The notes under the pieces: generated by a model
Database searches by the model: none
Seen by the model: the letters and a program-made list of their open reading frames with translations, nothing else
Told to the model about the DNA's origin: nothing
Made by a program: the position numbers and the translations under genes
Origin: Azolla caroliniana
Lineage: Eukaryota > Plantae > Polypodiophyta
Direction of reading: 5' to 3'
DNA length: 64,000 nt
Assembly (NCBI GenBank): GCA_043228905.1
Contig: JBHGNT010000007.1
Coordinates: 19,468,001-19,532,000 of the forward strand
Part shown: positions 13,430 through 25,250 of the stretch, piece after piece
Layout: each line of letters starts with the position of its first letter
Position numbering within the stretch: the stretch's first letter is position 1

Positions 13430-13590
13430 AAACATTTGGAGCCGAACCGAATCGAGCCAATCCAAGCCGAGCCAAGCCAAGCCGAACCAAGCCGAGCCGT
13501 TGCTGATTGCCGATTGACAGGTATATCCGAGAAAACATTGGAGCCGAGCAGAGCCGAGCCATGCCATTGCCGATTGACAGGTATATCGGT
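13430..13590. repeat. GCCGA/GCCAA pentamer repeats plus a short direct duplication upstream of the PPR gene
   Basis: AACATTTGGAGCCGA / AACATTGGAGCCGA followed by ATTGCCGATTGACAGGTATATC, occurring twice. Confidence 0.7.
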
Positions 13591-13705
13591 TGTCTCCCTC
13601 CCCCTTCCATCATTCTATGCAGACAACTAGTGGACACATGGTGGAAAGAAAGAATGAGCCCTCCTTGCCCCTACCAGATCCTGGCCTGACAACTCGTGGA
13701 ACAAT

Positions 13706-16700
13706 GGTGAAGAGGATGAATCTCCCTTCTCTTTTAGACATGGTAAAGTCATGTGGAAAAGAGATGGAACTTCTCAACCTGAGAAGAATGCATGCTGATA
13801 TGAAACTATGGATCTTGGAGGAGATTCGCGTTTCCAATGCGCTCATCCGAGCTTATGGCCGATGTGGTGCTGGTAGCCTACTGGAGGCACAGCAGCTTTT
13901 TGATCACCTTCCATGCCGCACTATTGTGTCATGAAATGCACTGATAGATTGGTATGTTGACAATGGGTTTCATGCTGAAGCCCTAGAATGCTTCGGACGG
14001 ATGGAGGAGGATCTGGGATTGATCTCCCCCAGTGCGGTAACATATGGCTCTGTTTTAAAAGCTTGTGCTCACATAGGCTCTCTTGAGGTGGGAGAAAAAA
14101 TCCATGCCAAGGTAAGAGATCAAGGATTATTGAACCATAATTTGGTGCTTGGCACAGCATTAATTGATATGTATGCCAAATGTGGTGCTCTTGAAACAGC
14201 ACATCATGTGTTTAATGAGCTTCCACATAGGAATGTTTTTTGCTGGAGTGCACTTATATCTGGATGGTTATGAAGCTCTCGAATGCTTTAGACAGATGGT
14301 CGATGAGGGAGTATCTCCTAATGTTGTTACATATGCATGCATTCTGAAAGCTTGTGCTGCCATAGGGTCTCTTGAGATTGGGGAAGATATACATGCCAAG
14401 GTGTGAGAGCAAGGATTACCAAAGGACAACATTATCCTTAGCACGACATTGATCGATATGTATGCCAAATGTGGTGCACTTCAGAAAGCACATAAAGTAT
14501 TCGATGAGCTTCCAAAACAAGATGTTGTGGCATAGAGCGTTCTTATATCTGGGTATGTGGAGTATGGTTTTTGTGATCAAGCCATCAAATGCTTCAGACA
14601 GATGGAGGTGGACAGAGTTCCTTCAGACACAGTGACATATGTGTGAATTTTAAAAGCTTGTGCTGTGATAAGATCTCTTGAGATTGGGGAAGAAATACAT
14701 GCCAAGATGAGGGAACAAGGGTTATTAAAGAACAGCATCATAGTTGGAAATGCAGTAATTGATATGTATGCCAAATGTGGTGCACTTCAGAGAGCATGTG
14801 AAATATTTGACGAGCTTCCACAGCGGGACGTTGTCTCATGGACTGCCCTTATAGCCGGATATGCCAACCATGGGCTTGGTTGTCAGGCTGTTAAAATATT
14901 TAAACAGATGGAGGATGAGAGAATGCAGCATTGTAGTTGGAAATGCAGTAATTGATATGTATGCCAAATGTGGTGCACTTCAGAGAGCATGTGAAGTATT
15001 TGACGAGCTTCCACAGCGGGACGTTGTCTCATGGACTGCCCTTATAGCCGGATATGCCAACCATGGGCTTGGTTGTCAGGCTGTTAAAATATTTAAACAG
15101 ATGGAGGATGAGAGAATGCAGCATTGTAGTTGGAAATGCAGTAATTGATATGTATGCCAAATGTGGTGCACTTCAGAGAGCATGTGAAGTATTTGACGAG
15201 CTTCCACAGCGGGACGTTGTCTCATGGACTGCCCTTATAGCCGGATATGCCAACCATGGGCTTGGTTGTCAGGCTGTTAAAATATTTAAACAGATGGAGG
15301 ATGAGAGAATGCAGCATTGTAGTTGGAAATGCAGTAATTGATATGTATGCCAAATGTGGTGCACTTCAGAGAGCATGTGAAGTATTTGACGAGCTTCCAC
15401 AGCGGGACGTTGTCTCATGGACTGCCCTTATAGCCGGATATGCCAACCATGGGCTTGGTTGTCAGGCTGTTAAAATATTTAAACAGATGGAGGATGAGAG
15501 AATCTCACCAACTGCATGGACATATGTTTGCATTTTAAATGCATGCGTGGCTATAGGTTCCCTTGATATTGGGGAAACAATCTATGACAAATTGAGAGAG
15601 CAAGGGTTATTGAAAGACAACATTGTGCTTGGAAATGCATTGATTGACATGTACACCAAATGTGGTGTGCTTCAAATGGCACAAAAAGTATTTGATGAGC
15701 TTCCACAACGAGATATTGTGTCATGGAATGTGCTTATAGCTGGTTATGTTGAGCACGGGCTTGGTGACCAAGCTATGAAATGCTTCAGGCAGATGAATGA
15801 TGAGGGAATCATCTCAGATGACATCACTTATACTTGCATTCTAAATGCTTGTGCTGCAATAATGTCTCTTGAGATTGGGGAAGAAATATATGCCAGGGTG
15901 AGCAAGCAAGGATTATTAAAGGAAAATGTCGTGCTTGGAACTGCATTAATCAATATGTATGCAAAAAGTTTGGACCTTGAAAGAGCGTGCAAAGTGTTTG
16001 ATGAGCTTCCAGAACGAGATACTGTAACATGGAGTGCACTTATAGCTGGATATGCTGAGAAAGGGCTTAGTGATCAAGCTATTGAATGCTTCAAAAGGAT
16101 GGAGGATGAAGGGGTCTCCCCTGATGCGCTGGCATATGTTTCCACTTTCAAGGCTTGTGCTAGCATAGGATCTCTTGACCTTGGGGAAGAACTTCATGCT
16201 AAGGTTAGTAAGCAAGGAATATTAAAAAAGAATATTGTTGTTGCCACTGCATTAATTGATATGTATGCCAAATGTGGTGCACTGCAAAGAGCATGTAAAG
16301 TATTTGATGGGCTTCCACAGAGAGATATTGTGTCATGGAATGTGATTATAGCTGGATATGTGCACACAGGTCAAGTGGATATGGCTTTCAGTACATTCAG
16401 AAGAATGAGGATAGAGTATATCCAACCAAACCTTGTTATATTTCTTGCTTTGCTGAATGCATGCTGTCATTCTGCTCTATTGAATCAAGGAGAACATGTA
16501 TTTCATGAAATGATTGTATTGTATAACCTCAAACCTATAATAGAACACTATACCTGCATGGTTGATCTATTTAGCCGTGCAGGAGAATTTGAAAAGGCAA
16601 AACATTATTTGGTTGATGATGCGTCAACGTTATTGGCTTTTCTAGGTGCTTGTCACAAATTGGAAAATTTTGATCTTGGGAGATTAGCATTCAAGAAAAT

Positions 16701-17218
16701 TGTGCAATTAGATGAGAAGTGTGGTGCCGCATATGTCTGTATGGCAAATATATATGCATCAGCTTCCATGCATATGGAGGCACACAATTATTCAAGCTTT
16801 GAGAGTGGAAAATAGAAGCATGGAATGTACCAGCAAATGATTGGTGGATAGATGCGAGTGGGAGCATGCATTCATCTGTGGTAGTGAATGAAACCCATTC
16901 TCAAAGTATGATACCATTCAAAGCTCAATGAACTTTGCAAATATGTTGGCGCTGGAAGGCTATTCCCCAACCTTTCTTCGATTTTAGAAGTGATTCCAGA
17001 GAATGGGAATGCGAAGATTTTGTGCGGGCATAGTCAAAAGCTGGCTGTCACATCTGGGGTGATCAACAATCCGGAAGGTGAGGCTTTGTGTGTTACCAAA
17101 ACGAGTATATTTTTGGACACTGCCATTTTTCCATATCAATAATGACAAGGTTCAAGTAGTGGATGCAAACAATGTTCATACTTTTAGGATGGAAGATGGA
17201 AGATGTACATGTAAGTAG
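13706..17218 (+). pseudogene. PLS-class pentatricopeptide repeat (PPR)-E-DYW RNA-editing factor, disrupted
   Basis: Repeated NAVIDMYAKCG...VFDELPQRDVVSWTALIAGY motifs and an E domain (HYTCMVDLFSRAG). The frameshifted DYW remnant reads PANDWWIDASGSMH (~16830), LCGHSQKLAV (~17020) and DANNVHTF..EDGRCTCK* (17218). Stops at ~13932, 14404, 14534 and 14646, plus frameshifts. Longest intact ORF is 15247-16815. Start position approximate. Confidence 0.9.
14733..15503 (+). repeat. Tandem array of 4 x 193-bp units inside the PPR gene
   Basis: Units start at 14733, 14926, 15119 and 15312. Units 2-4 appear identical and unit 1 differs at ~3 sites. Confidence 0.95.
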
Positions 17219-18215
17219 TTTTGAAGCTGAACATACCAGAAATTTGTTATCACCTGACAAAAACTAACAGGCATCATCATCATTTCCTGATATCTGCAGC
17301 AACAAATGGAATGTACAAGCCTTGCTGAAGTTCTCTCACAAATGATGAAATTTGGTGTAGATGTTTCCTATGAAGCTGATAGACGAGGTCATATGGATGT
17401 ATATGTGCATATATCATGTTATTTGCCCGTTGCGTGCAGATGCAATTGTGTATGTTGCTCATTAGGTAATGGCAGGGATATTATTGAGGTGGTGGACCTG
17501 CAGAAAAGCTGATCTGCATGAGGAAAGAAGAAAGTAGGGTGAGGGAAGTGATAAGATATCAGCAAGGAGGAGCAGAAAAGTTATCAGAAATTGAGTTGGT
17601 GAAGATGGCTGAATTGTTCTTCATTGAATATGCTTTCATCTTTGACAGAAGCTCTCTACTCTCTCTTTTTTAAAGGAAACATAACATCACATCAGTAGAA
17701 GCATCCTACTCTTCTTCGGATTATGTGTTTGAATGTCCAACAGCACTTGCATTATTAATCGAAGAACTAAATGTTTTTGGTGGTATATATTTGTAAAATA
17801 TATCTAGATTATGTATGCTTAGAATTGCTATTGCCCTTTTAGTTATACTGCAAAAATTCCACATTATCTTTTTCTAAAAATATTAGACTTTCAGTCTTTA
17901 TTATAGCATTCAGAGGCAATTATTTAAAGAGTTTGGAGATATGCCTTGATGATGTTAAGTTTTATGCTTGGGGTTTAGTGTTTTATTGAGTGATAATGTT
18001 GTCTCCCGAAGACATACACTACTTATCCTTGTGTGCAAAAGAAGGAAATAGTAATGTCTGCATAATAAAGAGATAGATGATGCAATTCAGTTCCAAAGAT
18101 CAGGCCATGAAACGTGATTGTTGCTTACTCATTATTACATTCCAACCTGTTTAGTTTAAGCCAAGTATAAAGGATTTTTTTCTTCTGCGGCTAACATTCA
18201 TGTGTTAACCTTAAA

Positions 18216-18607
18216 TGGTTGTAAATTTGTCCCCTCTCATAGACCACCAACACATCTTTATCCTCGGTGGATGAAATGATGTCTGACCTGGCCTATGGCT
18301 ATGCAAAGGGAATATGACAAGTATCTTCATAACATGGTTTATATAATTTATAGGGCTATAGAGTAGATTGTATCAAGTGTTTGTATTACAGGATAGAGAT
18401 GGCACCAAAACCAAACTATTCTACCTTTGTATGGCACCAAATGTATTATTCACAAATAACACATGGAAAGTTCCAATAATTGATTTGCTATGCTCTCCAA
18501 ATCTAGTAATATTTGGATGTATACTGAAAGTTACTACTCAACATGTCAAACTCTCCAAGCACCTCAACAACAAAACAAACCAACATTGCATCTTCTAATT
18601 CGTGGAT
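18216..18607 (+). repeat. 392-bp host-like segment, left copy of the duplication flanking Gypsy-1
   Basis: Repeated at 29082-29473 with ~6 differences. Abuts the 5' LTR exactly. Confidence 0.93.
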
Positions 18608-19040
18608 TGTTACCGGCCGGCAAAGGAGTCCAGAGTGTGAAACGAAGGAGTTATTTAATTATTAGGAATGGTTGTAAGTAAGCTAATAGTGTGGACGGAC
18701 GGACCGGAATCGGTATGCCGTTCCGGATCCGGACCGATCCCGAACAGGTGCGGATGGCACCGTTTTGTACTACAGACCGGAAACCTATTTAAAGGCCCGG
18801 ATACAATGTAATGAGCAGCGGTTAATTAATAAAGCTTAGTGTTTTATCTCTCTGTGTTAATTGCCGTTCTGCATTCATTGTTATATCTTACGCGTGTGAT
18901 TATTAAGGATGATCTTGCTAAGTAACCTAATTAAGTCGAATTAATTGTTGAGCCTAATCCTCTTGCCGTAACACCCCTTTGGTGAAGTGTCTTCCGTAGA
19001 CACCCTGTGTTAGGCCATTGTCCGGCCCTAAGAGTTAACA
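18608..19040 (+). repeat. Gypsy-1 5' LTR
   Basis: TATA-like CTATTTAAA at ~18785 and AATAAA at ~18828 on the + strand. Confidence 0.93.
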
Positions 19041-19047
19041 CAGTTTT

Positions 19048-19057
19048 TGGCGACCAC
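19048..19057 (+). promoter_or_regulatory. Primer binding site, tRNA-Arg(TCG)-type, 7 nt from the LTR
   Basis: TGGCGACCAC is complementary to ...GTGGTCGCCA, the recalled 3' end of plant tRNA-Arg(TCG). Confidence 0.7.
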
Positions 19058-19093
19058 GATTCCTGTTTTTGCAGCGAACGACGACACGAATGG

Positions 19094-22000
19094 ATGACTA
19101 GATCAACGCACGACCTGGTTACAGATCGAACTCGACGCCTTGCCGAAAGGCAAAGGAGAGGTGAGGCTTTCCAGTAAGCAGCGCAGGAAATTAGAGCAGA
19201 TCGCTCGTTTTCCAACGTAATCTGGAGAGTAGCGGAGGAGTCCCTCTGGTTACAGCAAACATCGCACCCGGACGACGGCAACAGCCTAAGCAGCCTCCGG
19301 GAAACCGAATCCCTTCTCCAGGCATTGGCAAGCGGAGAAGGCGAACAAGAAGCCTTTTCAGCGTATGAATCGGATTCCGAAGGGGAATATAACGTGCACA
19401 CGAACTACCATAGTAGCAACGAAACCCCGGGTGGACCGGAGGACGAAGGATTAGACACCTTACGGACACCGGAACCGGAAGTGCTAAGGCTGGAACCTCC
19501 GGAACCAGCAGAGGAAGAGCGACCTCCGACACCAGAAGTCGAGGAGGAGAGGCCTCCGTCACCAAAAGAAGAGGAAAGACCACCGACGCTGTAAACAAAT
19601 CAGGAAAGACCACCAACGCCGGAGAAAAACCAGGAACGACCACCAACACCGCAAGCCCGCGCACCGATACCGGACGACGACATGCCGTTCCAGTACTCCA
19701 AGTATAGAGATGATCCGGATGCGGAAGCTCATGTTCACGCCTTTGAACAGACATGGGAAGCAAACCATGTGTCCCAACGATTGACCCCGGAGGAAGAGGA
19801 ACGCTCTAAGATAGCAGAATTTAGCGTCACATTGGAGGGACCGGCAGCGAGATGGCGCCGGACGCAGGACCCATCTACCATCAGCACCTTCGCAGATTTA
19901 AAAGCTAAATTCTTGCATTTTTTCCAAAAGGAGGTGGACCAGACAGTAATGGTGGGCTTATTTTATACCATCCGACAGGAGGCAGGGGAGAGCATTCCCC
20001 AGTTTGTCATCCGGTTTCAACGGATGCATAGTCAGCTTGCCCGCGCACCCCCGGCGGAGGAATTACGGACTATATTCCGAAATGCGCTCCAGGAACCCCT
20101 ACGCACGGTTTGCACGGTAATTGACTTCCGCGCAAGTACCATCGACCAGGTCATTGACCGAGTGAGAGAGATGGAAAAGACAAGCTCCTGGCTCACACTG
20201 GCAGCACTCCAACGGGCGTTATCGTCCGATGAAGACCTCCGGTTTCGGCAAGCAATACAGTGCACAACCTGCTTGAATTCCGGACACTTGGCACTAGAAT
20301 GCACTTTGAGGACGCAATGTGTAATTTTTCAATCCAAGGGCCATATGACGGATAGGTGCGAGTATAATCTATTGAACCAGCAAGCACCGCCCGTCCGACA
20401 AATAGATCCACGCAGCAGCCGGGATGAAGAAGAGGAACACTGGCGGTGAATGGACCGCGACCGACCGGCACAGGATGTTCGGTATGGCGATCGACGGGAG
20501 AATGATGTCCGGTACGGTGATCGGCGGGATAACTACGACCGGTATGATAGATATGATCGGTACCGGGATTACAATAGACGATACGAACATTACGACCGGG
20601 AGCACTCCCCCGGGTATCGTCAGCAACGGGAGGAATACAACAGATATAACGACCAACCTCGTCAAGAGTACCGCAATAAGAAGAACTATAACAAAAAATG
20701 GCATTTCAAAAAAGGCGGCCACCCACGGGATCCGGAACAAGGAGCTTCAAGCAGCCAACCGGCCCAAAACCCTGCGCTTACCACGGGACCTGCCTCGGGT
20801 ACAACAAACAATGCCGAATCCAGCAATACCCAGAAAGCCTACTGCTACTACTACCGACAGGAAGGCCATTATAGTAATCAATGCCCGATGAAGAGCTATG
20901 ACAAACGACCGGCAGTAAATATGGTAGTCCCTGAAGTGGCAGATCTGCAGCAGGTGACCACAAGGTCAAAGGGCATGGCCAAGGAATGGGAGACACAGGA
21001 GACCATCCGGAAGCAAGCGACGGAATGGGTGAAGAAAGAAAACGAGCAAAACGTCACAGACTTATAGCGGCAAAAGGAGAACACCGTAGGGCTTGCCGGC
21101 GGCAGTCACTCCGAGAACGAGACATGGCAGGCGTTGCAAGAATGCCAGATTACGCTGCCACTAGGAAGACTCCTACAGCTCGTGCCGAGATTCACGGAAG
21201 GACTGAAGACAACCATGACAGAAGGAGAATCATCACCGGCACCGGTACTCTTCTCGAATCCGGAGGAGGGACCAACGGTGGTGGACACCAACAGTCCGGT
21301 AATTACTGCCATTGTAAAAGGGAAAGAACTCCCCGGCACAGTAATAGACGGAGGCTTCGGGGTGAATGTAATAAGGCTCCAAACGTGTGATGCCCTGGGA
21401 ATCCACAAGTGGGAGCCGTGTCCGTTCTGGTTACGGATGGCCGATACAAGCTCAGTGCGGCCGACAGGATTAATACGAAAATTAGAAGTCACCGTTGGCG
21501 GTCATACATTTCACATCTCGGCAGTAGTGCTACAATTACAGGCACAAGGCGCATACCCGCTATTGCTGGGGCGGCCGTGGTTGAAAACGGCACATATCAA
21601 ACAGAATTGGAGGAAAAATATAATTACCTTCCGACGAGGAAAAGCCAAGGTACGGGTACCAACACAGCCAAGGACGAGCACTGGCAAGGAATGTACATTG
21701 TTGTATGTAGAGTGCGTCAACATGCTAAAAGGGTTAGCTGACGAAGAAGAAGCTCAGTACTTGCGGGAAAACCCGAAGATCGTACCCCTCTTCGAAATTG
21801 ACATTGCTGAAGTAGTAGCACCATACTTACCGCAACCGGAAGAGACTGAAGCAGAACCGGATAAAAACGCAATCTGAGAGTTACGGAAAGCGCAGGAAGC
21901 GTTGGAACGGGAAATGGTCGTTTCACAGCGCGTAAAAGCATCACAACTTGAAGAGGTGAACCTAGGGACCACGGATGAAGTAAAATCGATGCACATCGCC

Positions 22001-24865
22001 AAGGAGATGAAGTCCGAAGACAAAACGGCGATAATCACACTTCTCACGGAATTTCGCGACGTGTTTCCCTGGTCATACGAAGACATGCAAGGGCTCGGCC
22101 CTCAATTATACCAGCATCAGATTCACTTGAGCAAGGACGCAAAACCAGTGGCACAAAGACGGTACCGGATGAATCCCAATTATGCCGCCAAAGTCAAGGA
22201 GGAAATCGACAAACTGCTAAGAGTTGGCTTTATCCGTCCGGTAAAGAAAGCGACATGGCTGAGCCCGATCGTAGTCATACCGAAGAAGAACGGAAAAATT
22301 CAAGTTTGTGTGGACTACCAGAAACTCAATGCAGCTACGGTAACGGATGCGTTTCCACTTCCGTTCACAGATGGAGAGTTGGATGCCGTCGCCAGCCATG
22401 AGGTCTATAGCTTTCTAGACGGATTCAGCGGGTATAATTAGATCCGGATGCACCCCGACGACCAAGAGAAAACGACTTTCGTCACCGAATGGGGGGTGTT
22501 TGTGGCCGTGGTGATGATGTTCGGACTCAAAACCGCACCAGCAACATTTCAACGAATCATCATGGAAATCTTTGGTGAATATATCCCGTCTTTTATGCAG
22601 GTTTTCCTTGACGATTTCGCCGTCTATAGCCGGGAGGAGGACCATTTTCAGCACCTTCGTCTTTGTCTATAAAAGTGTAGAGCGTACTGGCTAAGTTTGA
22701 ATCCGGCGAAGTGTGTATTTGGCGTGTCCAGTGGAACCTTACTAGGACATATTGTGAGCCAAGAAGGCATTGCAGTCGACCCAGACAAAGTGAAAGCCAT
22801 ATTAGAAGTACCGGCGCCGGCAACGGCAAAGGCATTGAGCCAGTTCTTAGGCCAGATCCGGTGGCACAGCCGGATGCTCCGATACTTGGCCGACCTGGCT
22901 ACGCCGTTGCATGCCGCTGTACATCGGACACCATTCCAGTGGACCGACACCGAGGATAGGGCGTATAGGGCCCTCAAGGTACTATTGTCGCAAGCACCGT
23001 TGTGAAGCCTCCGGATTGGAGTAAAGAATTTCATGTGTTCATGGACGCCTCCGACATCGCAATCGGAAGCGTACTGATGCAACTTATGGAGCCAAAGTGG
23101 TACCGGCCAGTGTACTATGCCAGCCGAAAGCTATCCCAAGCGGAACGAAACTACTCTACACGGAACGGGAAGCTCTAGGGATGATCTACGGTGTGACAAA
23201 GTTTCGGCATTATTTCTTGGGAAGGAAGTTTTCCTTCCATGTAGATCATTCGACACTCCTCTACCTGGTGTCCAAGGCGTCACTCACCGGTAAGTTGGCC
23301 CGGTGGACCTTACTGTTACAGGAATTCGAGTTCGAAATATTCCACCGACCCGGTATACAGCATGCCGTAGCGGATTATTTAAGCCGATTAAAGTCCAGAG
23401 AGACGGGCGACGGAGTAGCGGACGAGTTTCCGGATGCGGAGCTGTTTCGAGTCACTACGGAAACGACAGTAGATGAGATGGTGGCACAAGAAGACAAGTG
23501 GCTCACAAATATGCACCAGTTTCTGAGCACAGGACTGCCTCCGGAAGAGATGAACCGAAACGAAAGGAAACGCCTGGCGGTGCAAAGCCGACATTTCTGC
23601 TTACTATGAGACACACTTTACCACAAGGGTGCGGACGGCATATGGAGACGGGCTGTGCGCAGCGATGAAAAGGACCTCATACTAAGGGAAGCCCACTGCG
23701 GAGTGGCTGGAGGTCACTATGCCGGAGATGCGACGGCCAGGAAAATATGGCAAAGTGGCCTATGGTGGCCAACGACATTAAGAGATGTTGTACGGTAAGC
23801 AAAAGAATGTGACCTATGCCAGCAAATGGGCCAGCCAACGAAGCAGGCTCGGACGCCACACCAGCCTGTACTACCACTCGAACCATTCCAGAAGTGGGGG
23901 CTGGACTTTGTTGGACCGTTCAAACCACCGGCAATGAGAACAGGTAATCGGTATGTCATCGTTGCGACGGATTACTGCACGAAATGGGTGGAGGCCAAAG
24001 CCTTAAGAGACAACACCGCTGCGTCAACGGCAAAATTTCTATACGAATACATCTGGTGCCGTTACGGATGCCCAATCGAATTAATAAGCGACCAAGAGGG
24101 CACTTTCTCGGCCAAGTAGTTGAAAGCCTGACGACATTCTATGTCGTTGTCCATAAACGGAGCACACCGTACTATCCGCAAGCAAACGGGTTAGTTGAGT
24201 CGACGAACAAAACGCTCCAGAATATCCTCCAGAAGATCGTCAACGAAAACCGAACAGATTGGGATACCAAGCTACATAACGCGCTTTGGGCATACCGGAC
24301 AGCATACAAAACGAGCATCCGAACAACACCGTTCCGGTTAGCGTTCGGACTAGAGGCGGTCATGCTGGTGGAATTCCAAGTACCAAGCTTACGGATCCAA
24401 CTACGGGAACGGAAGAACGAGAAGGAGTCGGAGGCAATACGGATAACAGCGTTGTGTGAACTTGAGGAACAACGGCTGGCCAGCATCCTGCACTTAGAAT
24501 TGGAATAACGGCGACGGAAAGCATTTGTCGACCGGCACAGGAAAGGAAATGAAAAAATGTTCGAAGTCAGCAAGCCGGTGTTAGTATTTCAGACCCGGAT
24601 GGGCAAGATGCCGGGTAAACTATGGTTTAGATGGACCGGCCCGTATTGGCTGACATGCGAGTATAATAGGTCCTACCAGTTAGGGACACTTGCCGGCGAA
24701 GTGCTAGGCAAATGGGTCAACGGATTCAGATTGAAGCCATATAGAGGACCGATGCCCAAGAACCCATTTGAGCAAAGGACCGATGCTCAAGACGGAGGAG
24801 ACGGCAAACCGGTAACAGGGGAGAATGAGGCCGGTAAGGGTCCGATAGGACCAACGGACAACTAA
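19094..24865 (+). pseudogene. Gypsy-1 gag-pol (single frame to ~23000, in-frame stops and later frameshifts)
   Basis: Retrotrans-gag (AEAHVHAFEQTW), three CCHC-like knuckles, protease VIDGG/LLGRPWL, RT LDGFSGYN/FLDDF, RNase H EREALGM/KLARWTLLLQEF, integrase WGLDFVGP/YYPQANG and GPY motif. Confidence 0.93.
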
Positions 24866-25250
24866 CCTCACATCACATTAAAATTTAAAAAAAAAAAGAA
24901 AAAGAAAAAGAAAAAGAAAAAAAGCGAAGTAATCATGCAAAAGCGAGGTATGAATGGATGAGAGAGCGAGGAGCGAAAAGGTACGTAGTGGGCATTTAAG
25001 CGCCGCCACAGGACATAATGTTATTTTAGTACACGACGTGCACATCGAAAAAGGTGCCAGAATGCACAGAGAAAAACCACTGCGCGTGGAGACCCTCTAC
25101 TTTTGCGAACCCAGGAGCACAGAAGCACAAAGGCGCTGAAAGATCATCAGACGAGAACCTATGCACAGAGAACCCCCGCTTTTTGAACTCTCTCACTCTC
25201 ACTCTCATCACCATCCATCCTCGCCACCACAATCCAACCTCGAAACAGAC

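Noticed and set aside
13706-14700. Stops in PPR and TE ORFs repaired by U-to-C editing
   Set aside because: Such editing is organellar whereas this is nuclear DNA, and frameshifts and TGG>TGA changes are also present.
14733-15503. Regular repeats as a CRISPR-like array
   Set aside because: The units are contiguous tandem copies of PPR coding sequence with no unique spacers, in a eukaryotic context.
17280-17512. Small ORFs downstream of the PPR gene
   Set aside because: Short, no recognisable motifs, and consistent with 3' UTR or intergenic DNA.
18216-19040. The 392-bp segment as part of a longer LTR
   Set aside because: It lies before the left LTR but after the right LTR, and the TG...CA termini exclude it.
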